64,000 bases of DNA from Alphaproteobacteria bacterium (GTDB lineage: Bacteria > Pseudomonadota > Alphaproteobacteria > JAAXGF01), in NCBI GenBank assembly GCA_963555825.3, contig CAUVXB020000002.1, positions 2,336,001-2,400,000 on the forward strand, written 5' to 3'. Below the pieces are notes generated by a model. That model ran no database searches. It was not told the DNA's origin and saw nothing but the letters and a program-made list of their open reading frames with translations. A program made the position numbers and the translations under genes. Below, one piece after another: positions 41,637-52,591 of this stretch. Each line of letters starts with the position of its first letter. Position 1 is the first letter of the stretch.

Positions 41637-42221
41637 TCAGGGGCGGATGTCGATCGGGGCGCCGTCGGCGACGGCGTACCACAGCTCGCGCATGTCGGCG
41701 GGGGCGAGGCCGATGCAGCCCGCCGTCCAGACGCGCCGGTCGGGCGCGACCTTCGACCAGGGCAGCCCGCCGTAAAGCGCGTGCAGCATGATGCCGCCGC
41801 CCGGATCGACGCCTTCGCGGGCGGCGCGATCGCGGTCGCGGGCGTTGGGATAGGAGACGTGGATCGCGGCGCCGACGCGCTCGCTCAGCCGCCGCCAGTC
41901 GAGCCGGTAGCGCCCCTCGGGCGTCCGGCCGTCGCCCTCGCGGCGCTTGTGGCCGTTGGGGTCGAAGCCGAGCGAGACCGGGTAGCGCTCGACCACCGTG
42001 TCGTCGTGGTAGAGCAGCAGCTCGCGACGCGCCTTGAGGACGACGACGCGGTCGGCCTCGAGCCGCGCGACCGGCGCGAGCATCAGCCCGCCCCATAGCG
42101 CGTGCGTCTCGTGGAGGCGCCAGGCGATGGGCAGCGCGGCGACCAGCGCCGCGAGGCTCAGCAGGATCAATGCGGAGCGGCCCAGCCCAACGCCACGCAA
42201 ACTGCGGCCATACGCTCTCAT
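41637..42221 (-). CDS. L,D-transpeptidase family (YkuD) protein
   Basis: KRREGDGRTPEGRY, SYPN, IMLH...WTAGCI. Confidence 0.88.
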   Translation of the reverse strand: MRAYGRSLRGVGLGRSALILLSLAALVAALPIAWRLHETHALWGGLMLAPVARLEADRVVVLKARRELLLYHDDTVVERYPVSLGFDPNGHKRREGDGRTPEGRYRLDWRRLSERVGAAIHVSYPNARDRDRAAREGVDPGGGIMLHALYGGLPWSKVAPDRRVWTAGCIGLAPADMRELWYAVADGAPIDIRP

Positions 42222-42287
42222 GGCCGCGACGCTAGCGCCCGATTGGGGCAGTAATGTGGTCGGTTCGTGACGCTTTCGGACCGACGG

Positions 42288-42914
42288 TCAGCCGTCTTCG
42301 CGCGCGGCCATGATGCGCGCGACGTCGTGGCCTAGCGGGTCGTCGCGCGCCTCGAGCGCGGCGATCACGCCGGCGCGGTCGGCCGGTTGCTTGTCCTGGC
42401 TCATCTTGAACTTGCCCTCGAGGCGCGTGATCTCGATCTCGAAGGCGACGATGCCGGAGAGCTGCATGTCGCGGAAATCGCCGGGGATGTCGTCGACGCG
42501 CCAGGGCTCGGGCATGACCGCCTCCTGCACCGCCACCAGGTGCTCGATGATCGCCAGCTTGGCGGCGGCGTCGTCGACGATCGCGGGCGTGCCATAGGCG
42601 TGGACGACGGCGTAGTTCCAGGTCGGCACCAGCGGCGTGGTCGCGTACCAGCGCGGCGAGACATAGGCGTGCGGGCCCTGGAATATCGCCAGCGACTCAG
42701 GTCCGTCCCCGAAGCTGCGCCACTGCTTGTTGGCCCGCGACACATGGCCGAGCAGCGTGCCGTTGGCGCCGCGCCCGGGCTCGATCAGCAGCGGCAGGTG
42801 GGTCGCCACCGGCGCGTCGCCCGCCATGGTGACCAGCGTCGCGAAGTCATAGCGGCGCATCAGCGCGTAAAGCATCGCGCGATCGTCCTCGACGAAATGG
42901 GCGGGTCGGTACAT
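42288..42914 (-). CDS. PaiB-like FMN-binding protein
   Basis: ATHLP, GPHAYVSPRWY, VPTWNY, KFKMSQ. Confidence 0.9.
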   Translation of the reverse strand: MYRPAHFVEDDRAMLYALMRRYDFATLVTMAGDAPVATHLPLLIEPGRGANGTLLGHVSRANKQWRSFGDGPESLAIFQGPHAYVSPRWYATTPLVPTWNYAVVHAYGTPAIVDDAAAKLAIIEHLVAVQEAVMPEPWRVDDIPGDFRDMQLSGIVAFEIEITRLEGKFKMSQDKQPADRAGVIAALEARDDPLGHDVARIMAAREDG

Positions 42915-42940
42915 GGCCGGTCCTTTCAGGAACGAGGATC

Positions 42941-42973
42941 AAAAAAACGGCCGCCACGACGGGGCGGCGGCCG
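42941..42973 (-). terminator. Rho-independent terminator of the sdh operon
   Basis: CGGCCGCC...GGCGGCCG stem followed by T7 on the minus strand. Confidence 0.75.
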
Positions 42974-42995
42974 ATCGACGCGTCGTGCAACCCCG

Positions 42996-43778
42996 TCACA
43001 TGCGGCGCTCGACCATCGCCTTCTTGATTTCGCCGATCGCCTTCGCCGGGTTGAGGTTCTTGGGGCAAGTCTTGGTGCAGTTCATGATCGTGTGGCAGCG
43101 ATAGAGCCGGAACGGATCCTCGAGGTCGTCGAGGCGCTCGCCGGTCTGCTCGTCGCGGCTGTCGACGATCCAACGGTAGGCCTGCAGCAGGATCGCCGGC
43201 CCCAGATAGCGCTGGTCGTTCCACCAATAGCTCGGGCAGCTCGTCGAGCAGCAGGCGCACAGGATGCACTCATAGAGCCCGTCGAGCTTGGCGCGGTCCT
43301 CTTTCGACTGCAGCCTTTCGCGGTCGGGCGGCGGCGGCGTGCGGGTCTGCATCCACGGCTTGATCGAGGCGTACTGGGCGTAGAAGTTGGTCAGATCCGG
43401 CACCAGATCCTTGACCACCGGCAGGTGCGGCAGCGGGTAGACCTTGACGTCGCCCTTCACCTCGTCGATCGGCTTGGTGCAGGCCAGCGTGTTGGTGCCG
43501 TCGATGTTCATCGCGCAGGAACCGCAGATGCCCTCGCGGCACGAGCGCCGGAAGGTCAGCGTCGGGTCGACCTCGTTCTTGATCTTGATCAGCGCGTCCA
43601 AGACCATCGGACCGCATTGGTCGTCGTCGATCTCGTAGGTGTCGACGCGCGGGTTCTCGCCGTCCTCGGGTTCCCAACGGTAGACCTTGTAGCGCTTGAC
43701 GTTGGCCGCCTCGCCGGCCGCCTCGTGCGTCTTGCCGGGTCCGATCCTGGAATTGGCCGGCAGCATGAACTCAACCAT
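42996..43778 (-). CDS. sdhB: Succinate dehydrogenase iron-sulfur subunit
   Basis: [36 protein letters not shown]. Confidence 0.98.
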   Translation of the reverse strand: MVEFMLPANSRIGPGKTHEAAGEAANVKRYKVYRWEPEDGENPRVDTYEIDDDQCGPMVLDALIKIKNEVDPTLTFRRSCREGICGSCAMNIDGTNTLACTKPIDEVKGDVKVYPLPHLPVVKDLVPDLTNFYAQYASIKPWMQTRTPPPPDRERLQSKEDRAKLDGLYECILCACCSTSCPSYWWNDQRYLGPAILLQAYRWIVDSRDEQTGERLDDLEDPFRLYRCHTIMNCTKTCPKNLNPAKAIGEIKKAMVERRM

Positions 43779-43820
43779 GTTCTCTTCCCTCGCAATCGCC
43801 CGGCGCGTGCCGGCCGGCCC

Positions 43821-45611
43821 TCAATAGACCCGCGCCTTGGGCGGGAACGTCTCGACGTCGTCGCTCAAGGTATAGAGATGCACCGGCCGGTAGTCGATGG
43901 TGGTCTCGCCGTCGTCGCCGAGCCAGGCGAGCGTGTGCTTCATCCAGTCGACGTCGTCGCGGTCCGGGTAGTCCTCGCGCGCGTGGCCGCCGCGGCTCTC
44001 GGTGCGGTTGTGCGCCGATTCGATGGTCACCAGCGCCTGGCGCATCAGGTTGTCGAGCTCCCAGGTCTCGACCAGGTCAGAGTTCCAGATCATCGAGCGG
44101 TCGGTGACGCCGACATGCGCCATTGTCTTCCAGATCGCGGCCAGCTTCTCGACGCCTTCGCCGAGGATCTCGCCCGAGCGGAACACCGCGCAATAGCTCT
44201 GCATCGCGCGCTGCATGTCGAGCCGGATCTGGGCGGTCGGCAGGTCGCCGTCGGCGTGGCGCAACGTGTCGAAGCGCGTCAGCACCGCATCGGCGGCATC
44301 GCCGGGTAGCTGTTTGTGCTTCTGTCCGGGTTTGACCAGCTCGGCGGCGCGCAACGCCGCGGCGCGGCCGAAGACGACGATGTCCAAGAGCGAGTTCGAA
44401 CCCAGCCGGTTGGCGCCGTGGACCGAGACGCAGGCCGCCTCGCCGATCGCCATCAGGCCGGGCACCACCGCGTCCGGGTCGCCGTCGCGCAACGTCACGA
44501 CCTCGCCGTGGTAGTTGGTCGGGATGCCGCCCATGTTGTAGTGCACCGTCGGCAGCACCGGGATCGGCGCCTCGGTGACGTCGACGCCGGCAAAGATCTT
44601 GGCGGTCTCCGAGATGCCCGGCAGCCGCTCGGCCAAGAGATCGGCGCCGAGATGCTCGAGGTGCAGGTGGATGTGGTCGGCCTCTGGGCCGACGCCGCGT
44701 CCCTCGCGAATCTCGATGGTCATCGCCCGGCTGACGACGTCGCGCGAAGCGAGGTCCTTGGCGGTCGGCGCATAGCGCTCCATGAAGCGCTCGCCCTCGG
44801 AATTGGTCAGATAGCCGCCCTCGCCGCGCGAGCCCTCGGTGATCAGGCAGCCCGAGCCGTAGATGCCGGTCGGGTGGAACTGGACGAACTCCATGTCCTG
44901 CAGCGGCAGGCCGGCGCGCAGCACCATGGCGTTGCCGTCGCCCGTGCAGGTATGCGCCGAGGTGCAGGAGAAGAAGGTCCGGCCGTAGCCGCCGGTCGCC
45001 AGCACGACGATATGGGCGCGGAACAGGTGAATCGTGCCGTCGTCGAGGTTCCACGCCATGACGCCGCGGCAGACGCCCTCGTCGTCCATGATCAAGTCGA
45101 GCGCAAAATACTCGATGAAGAACTCGGCGTCGTGCTTGAGCGACTGCTGATAGAGCGTGTGCAGGATGGCGTGGCCGGTGCGGTCGGCGGCGGCGCAGGT
45201 GCGCATCGCCTGACCCTCGCCGTAACGCGTGCTCATGCCGCCGAAGGCGCGCTGGTAGATGCGGCCGTCCGCGGTGCGCGAGAAGGGCACGCCGAAATGC
45301 TCGAGCTCGATGACCGCGGGCATCGCCTCGCGGCACATGTATTCGATGGCGTCCTGATCGCCCAGCCAGTCGGAGCCCTTGACCGTGTCGTACATGTGCC
45401 AGCGCCAGTCGTCTTCGCCCATGTTGCCGAGTGCTGCGCTCATGCCGCCCTGGGCGGCGACGGTGTGGCTGCGCGTCGGGAACACCTTGGTGATGCAGGC
45501 GGTCGACAGGCCGGCAACGGCCATGCCCATGGTCGCGCGCAGGCCGGCGCCGCCGGCGCCGACGATGACGACGTCGTAGCTGTGCTCGACGATTGGATAG
45601 GCGTCGCTCAT
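43821..45611 (-). CDS. sdhA: Succinate dehydrogenase flavoprotein subunit
   Basis: [33 protein letters not shown]. Confidence 0.98.
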   Translation of the reverse strand: MSDAYPIVEHSYDVVIVGAGGAGLRATMGMAVAGLSTACITKVFPTRSHTVAAQGGMSAALGNMGEDDWRWHMYDTVKGSDWLGDQDAIEYMCREAMPAVIELEHFGVPFSRTADGRIYQRAFGGMSTRYGEGQAMRTCAAADRTGHAILHTLYQQSLKHDAEFFIEYFALDLIMDDEGVCRGVMAWNLDDGTIHLFRAHIVVLATGGYGRTFFSCTSAHTCTGDGNAMVLRAGLPLQDMEFVQFHPTGIYGSGCLITEGSRGEGGYLTNSEGERFMERYAPTAKDLASRDVVSRAMTIEIREGRGVGPEADHIHLHLEHLGADLLAERLPGISETAKIFAGVDVTEAPIPVLPTVHYNMGGIPTNYHGEVVTLRDGDPDAVVPGLMAIGEAACVSVHGANRLGSNSLLDIVVFGRAAALRAAELVKPGQKHKQLPGDAADAVLTRFDTLRHADGDLPTAQIRLDMQRAMQSYCAVFRSGEILGEGVEKLAAIWKTMAHVGVTDRSMIWNSDLVETWELDNLMRQALVTIESAHNRTESRGGHAREDYPDRDDVDWMKHTLAWLGDDGETTIDYRPVHLYTLSDDVETFPPKARVY

Positions 45612-45619
45612 GGCCCTGG

Positions 45620-46000
45620 CTAGCCTCCGAACGCGAGCTTGAGCACGGCGAAGATCGCGGCCATGCCGAGCGCGAAGCTGCCGAGCGCGAGCGAGACCAG
45701 CAGAAGGGTCTTGGCGCCCTCGTGGTGAACGTAATCCTCGATTACCACCTGCATGCCGAGCTTCATATGATAGAAGCCGGCAACGATGAACAAGAGCAGG
45801 GTGACGGCGACCAGCGGGTTGCCCATCAGCTTGACGGCGCGCGCGTGGTCGGCGCCGACGAAGGCGAAGACGAAGACGACGAACAGGAAGCTCAAGGGGA
45901 TCAGGGCGACGGCGGTCAGGCGCTGCGCCCACCAGTGGCCGGTGCCCTCCTTGGCGCTGCCCAGACCGGCGACGCGGCCGAGTGGGGTCTTGAGGCTCAT
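45620..46000 (-). CDS. sdhD: Succinate dehydrogenase hydrophobic anchor
   Basis: [25 protein letters not shown]. Confidence 0.96.
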   Translation of the reverse strand: MSLKTPLGRVAGLGSAKEGTGHWWAQRLTAVALIPLSFLFVVFVFAFVGADHARAVKLMGNPLVAVTLLLFIVAGFYHMKLGMQVVIEDYVHHEGAKTLLLVSLALGSFALGMAAIFAVLKLAFGG

Positions 46001-46001
46001 G

Positions 46002-46391
46002 TCAGCCCGCCACCGCCAGGCCGACGATCCAAGCCGACGCCGTCAGCACCGCCGTGGCGGCGAGAACGGTCCAGCCCGAGCGGTAGACGGTCTCGATCTC
46101 GTAGCCCAGGCCGACGTCCCAGAACAGGTGCCGGATGCCGTTACAGAGGTGATAGAAGAGCGACACCGAGAAGCCGAACAGCACCAGATAGCCGAACCAC
46201 GAGCCATAGATCGATCGCGTGAACTGATAGGCGTCGGGCCCCATCGCGGCGGCGATCAGCCACCAAGTCAGGAACAGCGTGCCGACCGCGAGGCCGACGC
46301 CGGTGAACCGGTGAGTGATCGAGAGGACCATGGTGAGCTGCGGCTTGTAGATCTCCAGGTGCGGTGAAAGAGGACGCTCCCCCTGAGCCAT
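46002..46391 (-). CDS. sdhC: Succinate dehydrogenase cytochrome b556 subunit
   Basis: RPLSPHL.IY, SITHR.TG, NGIRHLFWD. Confidence 0.96.
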   Translation of the reverse strand: MAQGERPLSPHLEIYKPQLTMVLSITHRFTGVGLAVGTLFLTWWLIAAAMGPDAYQFTRSIYGSWFGYLVLFGFSVSLFYHLCNGIRHLFWDVGLGYEIETVYRSGWTVLAATAVLTASAWIVGLAVAG

Positions 46392-46656
46392 GTTTTTCGC
46401 CCTTTGAACTACGCCACGCGCCCCACGCCGCGCGCTGCGGTCATAGTAGACGCTTGACCTTGCAAGTCAATCGCGCCCACGGCGCGGCGCGCGTCGAACG
46501 ACGATCGGTATACAGGACGGCACAAAATTCGACGCCTGTGCAAAACCCCGTTAACCTGCGTGTGGCCTAACCGGAACCCACCGGGCGCGCGCCCGTATTC
46601 GGTGACGATCGACGCGTTCACGCCAATGCGACGGCGGCCGGCCGAACTCTCGAGAA

Positions 46657-48310
46657 GGGTGCGAGTCTCGCATGGCAGTGATGTCTGCGGCTTGGTTCGT
46701 TGAGTTCAGGCAGCGATTGCCATGGCTGCTGCACGTGGACTGATGTTGTCGTTGGCCGGTGTGTCGGTTGCGCTGATCAGGGCCTTCCATGCCCGCTCGA
46801 AGCGGCCGGATTTGATCAGGGCGCGGAAGGTCAGAACAGCCTGTCCGCCGACGATCCGCCAGCGCATGCCGGAGCGCTTCATGCGCTGTGTCACCAGGGT
46901 CTTGTTGGCAGCTTCGACCACGCCTGAGCCGATGGCGATGCCCTCTTCCTTCAGGGCGTGGTAGCGCATGCGATGGCGATGCTTGCGGAAGAAGGCGAGT
47001 TCCCGCTCGGTCTCGGCCCGGTCCGGCGCAGCGGCGGCATCGCGAAGGTGGCGCAGCGCCCGGATCACCTTGGCGACGCCACGGGGATCGTGACGGAGGA
47101 TCTCGCGGTACTTCTCGAACCAGCCGGGCGCCACGGCATGGTCGGACGCGGTTTGCAGATGTTCGCAAGCATGCCAGAAGTCGATCACCTCGGTTTCGGG
47201 CGACAGGGTCTCCAGGAAGGTCCAGTTGTCGGCGGCGCCATCGGCGATAGCGACGATCCCGATCTCGGGGCGTGCTCGCCTGATGTGTGCGACTTCGCTT
47301 GCAAGCTGCGCCTTCAGCGTGAGCTTGCCGCTCTCCGGCATGCGGCCGAGATAGAGGGTCTTCAGGCGCTTGCCCTCGGCGTCGTGGAAGGAGACCGTGC
47401 CGCAGGCAGCCTCGCGCCAGGAGGCCTTGGCGCGACCGTCCTCGCCGGGTCTCAGCGGCACCATGACGCCGTCGAGGGAGACCGAGGCGGTGGTCGCGTC
47501 CTGCGGTATGCCCTCGGCCTCACGGATGCTGCCCAGCGTCTCCGGGCCGAGGCTCTCCCAGCATTCGTGCATGCTCAGGGTCAGGCGCTGCAGGGTGCTC
47601 ACCGACGGCGTCATGGCGCCGGTCTTCGCAAAGAACGCCGCCGCTTCCCGGGCCGTGCAGTGACCCATCATCAGCAGACCGAGCTCGGCCGCCGGCCGCG
47701 TCAGGTAATCGTCGACGAGGCCCAGGCTCTCGTCGACCGGCACCGGCGATGCCCCGCTCGCGCCGCTGCGGTAACGCGCTCGCCGGTAGGTCACCGGACC
47801 GAGCGAGGTCATGATCGTCTTCGGCGTCACCGCGACCCGGAACCAGCTCTGCCCGTCCCGCTCGATCCGGGAAGCGCCATCGTCCCGGTTCTCGATGACG
47901 GCGCCCATGACATCGCGAGCGAACTCGTTCGTGGCCTCACGCACCCGCAACTCGACCTCCTCGGGCGCCTCGGGGCGCGGCTCGGAACGAAGCTCCTCGC
48001 GACACAGTGCGAGCACCCGGGCGGCCGCCTCGACGACCCGAGGAGGCAGGCCGGAAAGATCGATGGACGAAGGCGCCGGAGGCGGGGATACTGCCATGGG
48101 AATGCTCCCGATGTTGGGTTTCGAGACACGGCATCGTACCGCTTCTGGCGGTGCGGAGCGTTCCCACCTTCCCCTGCTCGACCCTGCCGTCGTGACAAAA
48201 TCCTGCCTTGGAGCGGCCCATTGTCACGAATAGCCGATTTCGGCCGTTCGTCTCGACACAAAAAACGCACTAAATCAATGACTTAGATTTTCCATACCAG
48301 ACCCACACCC
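46657..48310 (-). mobile_element. ISKra4-like element; transposase 46706..48097
   Basis: GGGTG(C/T)G(A/G)GTCT IRs; 8-bp TSD CTCGAGAA; SLDG, ADGA, DFWHACEHL, GSGVVEAA motifs. Confidence 0.9.
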
Positions 48311-48458
48311 CTCGAGAAGGTTCGACGTCGATCGAGGAGGATGGTCTCTGGTAAAGAAACGTCACACGGCCGCGAGAACGCAAATTGGTCCCCATGGTCG
48401 GATAGGCGGCAACCGCCGACACGCGCCGCCTGGCAGTACGGCGACGCGGCATTCCGGG

Positions 48459-49106
48459 ATGCGTTGTATCGGCGTGGTGGCCCGCCTCTTCCTGCTGCTG
48501 GCCGTTGTCGCGACCTGGAGCGGCGCTGGCGGCGTCACCGACGCCTCGGCGCAGACCGGCGCGGCGTCGCTGTTCATTCGCCAGTTCGGCGACGAGGCGG
48601 TCACGACGCTTCAGTCGACGGGGCTCTCGCTCGAGGAGCGCGAGGCCCGCTTCCAAAGGATACTGCGCAACGGCTTCGACTTGCCCTTCATCGGCCGCTT
48701 CGTGCTCGGCCGCTATTGGAAGCAAATCAATGCCGAGCAGCAGAGCGACTACCTGATCCTGTTCAGCGAGTACGTTGTGCAGATTTACTCGGCGCGGCTC
48801 GGCGGCTACGCGGGCGAAACGCTCGCCGTCGTCGCCGAGCGCCCCGCCGGCAGCAAGGACGTCGTCGTGATGACGCGCATCGACCGACCGAGCGGGCCAC
48901 CGATCATGGCCGACTGGCGCGTGCGCATCGCCAACAACCAGCTGCGCATCATCGACGTCTCGGTCGAGGGCGTCAGCTTGGTGGTGACCCAGCGTTCGGA
49001 ATTCGCGTCGGTCATCCAGCGCAACGGCGTCGAGGGCCTGATCGAGGTGCTGCGCGCGCGTACCACCAAGCTGCCGATTTCGGCGGCGAAAACCGCGACA
49101 CGGTGA
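48459..49106 (+). CDS. mlaC: MlaC/Ttg2D family phospholipid-binding periplasmic protein
   Basis: FDLPFIGRFVLGRYW, IIDVSVEGVSL..TQRSEF. Confidence 0.88.
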   Translation: MRCIGVVARLFLLLAVVATWSGAGGVTDASAQTGAASLFIRQFGDEAVTTLQSTGLSLEEREARFQRILRNGFDLPFIGRFVLGRYWKQINAEQQSDYLILFSEYVVQIYSARLGGYAGETLAVVAERPAGSKDVVVMTRIDRPSGPPIMADWRVRIANNQLRIIDVSVEGVSLVVTQRSEFASVIQRNGVEGLIEVLRARTTKLPISAAKTATR

Positions 49107-49193
49107 GTCGCGGACGCCGGCTCCGGGTTCAGCGCGCCACGTCTCGGCCCATCGCTCGGGACTTGGCCGAGCCGCCCGCCAAATAGCAACCCG

Positions 49194-49691
49194 TTAGCGC
49201 AGCTTCCCGCCGAGCGTTTTCTCGTAGGCGATTTCGTAGGCGCGATAGCCGAGATGCTCGTAGACGGCGCGGGCATCGGCGTTCGCGGCGAGCGAGATGA
49301 GACGGACGCGCGCGAAACCGAGCCCGGCGAGATAGGCCTCGGCGGCGGCGATCAGGGCGCCGCCGACGCCCTGGCCGCGCTCGGCCGCGGCGACGAAGAC
49401 ATCGGCGATGTAGCCGTGCGGCCGGGTCTCGGCGTGGATCATTTCGTCGGCGTCGTGATCGGCCCAGCAGCAGACGAAGCCGACCGGGGCGCCGGTGTGC
49501 TCGGCGACCAGGATCGCGCCCCGCTTGGCCGCCACCTCGCGCTCGAGGATGGCCAGATAATCGGCGGCGATCTCGGCGCCGGGTCGGCGGTTCGGGTGCA
49601 GCGTCGTCTCGAAATCCTGGAACGCCGTTATCATGGCGATCAACGCGGCGCGGTCGGCGGCTGTCGCCTGTCTTATCGACGGATCGGACAT
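49194..49691 (-). CDS. GNAT family N-acetyltransferase
   Basis: V...ERGQGVG, N..ARAVYEHLGY. Confidence 0.88.
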   Translation of the reverse strand: MSDPSIRQATAADRAALIAMITAFQDFETTLHPNRRPGAEIAADYLAILEREVAAKRGAILVAEHTGAPVGFVCCWADHDADEMIHAETRPHGYIADVFVAAAERGQGVGGALIAAAEAYLAGLGFARVRLISLAANADARAVYEHLGYRAYEIAYEKTLGGKLR

Positions 49692-49703
49692 CCCGGCCGC
49701 CGA

Positions 49704-50759
49704 TTATGTCCGGCGCGGCATCAGCACCGTGTAGTCGAGGTCGAGGACGACGGCGCCGTGGTAGTCGCCGTCGGTCGACCGGCCGGGGAAGTCGGCGCAG
49801 GCGTGGTCCTTGGTCGCTACCGTGCGCAGACGCAGCGCGCCGAGGTCGTCGCGGTCGGGCAGCGCCTCGCTCTCCAACACCTCGGACCAGGCATACAGCG
49901 TGTCGCCGGCATAGGCCGGCGCGACGTGACGTCCGCCGTTGATGGCGGCGATACGCAGGCCGCCCGCGAGGCCGTTAAACGACAGCGCGCGGGCGATGCT
50001 GATGACGTGGCCGCCGTAAATCAGGCGGCGCCCGAAGCGGGTGTCCTTGGCGGCGTGGGCGTCGAAGTGGACGCGCGCGGTGTTCTGATAGAGCCGCGTC
50101 GCCATCATGTGCTCGGCCTCTTCGAGCGTCATGCCGTCGACGTGGTCGATGCGCTCGCCGGCCATGTAGTCGTCCCAAAGATGCGCCGAGCCAGCCAGCC
50201 CGGTGTCGTAGCCGGCAGCATCGAGACCGCGCGGCACCATGATCTCGTCGACCGCCACGCGGGCCGGCAGCTCGGGCACTTGCGGCTCGGGCGCCGGCGA
50301 CGCCGGGTCGCGCTTGTTGACCATCACCCAGCGGATGTAATCGAGCACCGCCTCGCCGTCCTGGTTGCGTCCGGTCGAGCGCACATAGACGGTGCCCGTC
50401 TTGCCGTTCGAGTTCTCCTTGACGCCGATCACCGCGCTGGTCGTCACCAGCGTGTCGCCGGGATAGACCGGGCTGAGAAATCGGCAATCGGCGTAGCCCA
50501 GGTTGGCGACGGCGTTGAGCGAGACGTCGGCGACCGTCCTGCCGAAGACGATGTTGAACACCAGCAGGTCGTCGAGCGGCGCGCGCGGCAGGCCGAGCGA
50601 CTGGGCGAAGCGATCCGAGCTGTGCAGCGCGAAGCGCGCGCCGGTGAGCGCGATGTAGAGCGCGACATCGCCCTCGGTGACCGTGCGCGGCGTCGCGTGG
50701 CGCAGCGTCTGGCCGACCTCGAAGTCCTCGAAGAAATTGCCGAGAGCCGTCTTGCTCAT
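49704..50759 (-). CDS. mch: Double MaoC dehydratase, mesaconyl-CoA hydratase-like
   Basis: GNFFEDF..GQ...HATPRT, DVSLNAVANLGYA, YQNTARVHF, YGGHVIS. Confidence 0.88.
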   Translation of the reverse strand: MSKTALGNFFEDFEVGQTLRHATPRTVTEGDVALYIALTGARFALHSSDRFAQSLGLPRAPLDDLLVFNIVFGRTVADVSLNAVANLGYADCRFLSPVYPGDTLVTTSAVIGVKENSNGKTGTVYVRSTGRNQDGEAVLDYIRWVMVNKRDPASPAPEPQVPELPARVAVDEIMVPRGLDAAGYDTGLAGSAHLWDDYMAGERIDHVDGMTLEEAEHMMATRLYQNTARVHFDAHAAKDTRFGRRLIYGGHVISIARALSFNGLAGGLRIAAINGGRHVAPAYAGDTLYAWSEVLESEALPDRDDLGALRLRTVATKDHACADFPGRSTDGDYHGAVVLDLDYTVLMPRRT

Positions 50760-51643
50760 GACGCGGCGGCAGCCTCCATCTCGGCGATCGCCTCGGCCTG
50801 CGCGACCTGGCGGCGCGCCGCCTCGACGTGCAGGTTCTCGATCAGCCGGCCGTCGACCAGCACGATGCCCCTGCCCTCGGCCTCGGCCTCGGCGTGGGCG
50901 CCGATGATCTTGCGCGACCAGGCGATCTCGTCGTCGGACGGCGCGAAGGCCTGATTCGCCGCGGCGATCGTCTTCGGGTGGATCAGCGTCTTGCCGTCGA
51001 AGCCGAGCTCGACGCCCTGGCGGCAGGAATAGACGAAGCCCTCGTCGTCGGCGAGGTCGAGATGGACGCCGTCGAGAATCGCGACGCCGTGGGCCCGCGC
51101 GGCCAGCAGACACAGCTCGAGGCTGGTCAGCATCGGCAGTCGCTCGCGCGTATGCGCCGCGTGCAGGTCCTTGGCGAGGTCCGAGGTGCCCATCACCAGG
51201 CAGGCGACGCGCGCATCCGCGCCGGCGACCTCGTCGGCGCGCAGCATGCCCTTCGGCGTCTCCATCATGCACCAAATATCGAGCGTGTCTGGCGCGCCCG
51301 CCGCGCTCAGCGCGGCGATCGCATCGGCGACCATTCGGGCGCTCTCGACCTTGGGCAGCAGCACCGCGTCGGCGCCGCTGGTCGCCGCGGCGGCGAGGTC
51401 GTCGGGGCCCCACGGCGAGTCCAACCCGTTGGTCCGGATGACCAGCTCGCGGCGGCCGTAGCCGCCGGCCGCGACCGCCTCGCAGACCCGTGCGCGCGCC
51501 AGCTCCTTGGCGTCGGGCGCGACGGCGTCCTCAAGGTCGAGGATCAACCCATCGGCGGGCAGGCTGCGGCCCTTCTCGAGCGCCCGGGCGTTCGAGCCCG
51601 GCATGTACAAGACGCTGCGGCGCGGACGAGACGTTCGCGACAT
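50756..51643 (-). CDS. CitE-family malyl-CoA lyase/thioesterase (Mcl2-like)
   Basis: RRSVLYMPGS, DLEDAVAP, GFDGKTLIHP, LIENLH; next to mch. Confidence 0.88.
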   Translation of the reverse strand: MSRTSRPRRSVLYMPGSNARALEKGRSLPADGLILDLEDAVAPDAKELARARVCEAVAAGGYGRRELVIRTNGLDSPWGPDDLAAAATSGADAVLLPKVESARMVADAIAALSAAGAPDTLDIWCMMETPKGMLRADEVAGADARVACLVMGTSDLAKDLHAAHTRERLPMLTSLELCLLAARAHGVAILDGVHLDLADDEGFVYSCRQGVELGFDGKTLIHPKTIAAANQAFAPSDDEIAWSRKIIGAHAEAEAEGRGIVLVDGRLIENLHVEAARRQVAQAEAIAEMEAAAAS

Positions 51644-51720
51644 CGGTTGCCCCCCCCCCATCGGCGTTCAAGGCGCGCTAACCTACAGGCCCCGCCTGGC
51701 GCGCGCAAACGGCTTGGCGG

Positions 51721-52044
51721 CTAGAGCGCCAGATGGACACGCAGGACCTGGTCGAGCGCCGCGATGTCGGCGGCGGGCACCGACCCAATGGCCCGGCCCA
51801 AGAGGCGTGATTTGGCGACCGTCCTGACTCGGTCGCCGAGCGCCTTCGACGTGACGCCATCGACGGTGACGATCACCTGCGACGGGCTGACGCGGCTGAC
51901 GTTGGTGGTCAACGGGACGACGGTGATCGAGCGCAGCGCGCGGTTCACCGCGTCGCTGGAGACGATGATGGCGGGCCGGGTCTTGCGTTTCTCGACGCCC
52001 TCGGTCGGGTCTAGGCGAACCCAGAAGACCTCGCCGCGCCTCAC
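51721..52044 (-). CDS. PemK/MazF family toxin
   Basis: RRGEVFWVRLDP..G.E.RKTRPAIIVS, VVPLTT. Confidence 0.9.
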   Translation of the reverse strand: MRRGEVFWVRLDPTEGVEKRKTRPAIIVSSDAVNRALRSITVVPLTTNVSRVSPSQVIVTVDGVTSKALGDRVRTVAKSRLLGRAIGSVPAADIAALDQVLRVHLAL

Positions 52045-52340
52045 CGCTCGGCAGTGCCCATCTTGTCGTACCAGGCGTCGGGCCAGCGCGCCTCGCCGGG
52101 CTCCGGCTCGAGCGCCAGTTCGCCCGCCAGCCAGTCATCGAGCTCGGCGGCCTCGGCGCCACCCTCGGCGCCGTCGAGCCACGCGGCGTAGGCTTGGTAT
52201 GCGCCCTCGAGATCGTCGGGCAGACGAAGGTGTGGCGTCACGTGCCGCTCGATGAACGCGGCGATGCGACCCGGTCCGACCTGCTGATGCAGCGCGGCAT
52301 AGACCTCGGTGCTTACGGTGATGGTCAACTTCTTGGTCAT
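52041..52340 (-). CDS. Putative antitoxin
   Basis: KKLTITV RHH-like start, acidic C-terminus, 4-bp overlap with the toxin. Confidence 0.75.
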   Translation of the reverse strand: MTKKLTITVSTEVYAALHQQVGPGRIAAFIERHVTPHLRLPDDLEGAYQAYAAWLDGAEGGAEAAELDDWLAGELALEPEPGEARWPDAWYDKMGTAER

Positions 52341-52591
52341 GTTATACGTATGATACGTATAACTCTGCCGATATTCAAGAGGCCGGTCGTCCGAAAACGG
52401 TCATCGTTCTGGTGCGGCCATTGAGTCCGGGTGTAGCCGACATTCACGGAGATGCCCGGCAAGACTCGGAACGACCGCGTTGGCCCCTTATGGGACGTTC
52501 ATGATCGAAGGCTCGAACGTCGGATTTCGAATCGCAAAGCGGCCATCCAAATACAGGGAGTAGTGAAGCTGCTGAGTGCAAGGGGCGTACA

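Noticed and set aside
32515-44309. Very long Arg/Ala-rich alternative ORFs (32515..34716, 38761..40725, 38898..40835, 42387..44309)
   Set aside because: They overlap well-supported genes in other frames, and their composition reflects high GC3 rather than coding
45612-45932. N-terminal extension of SdhA (and likewise of the MaoC ORF to 51413)
   Set aside because: The extensions overlap sdhD and the CitE-family gene; the conserved starts are at 45611 and 50759
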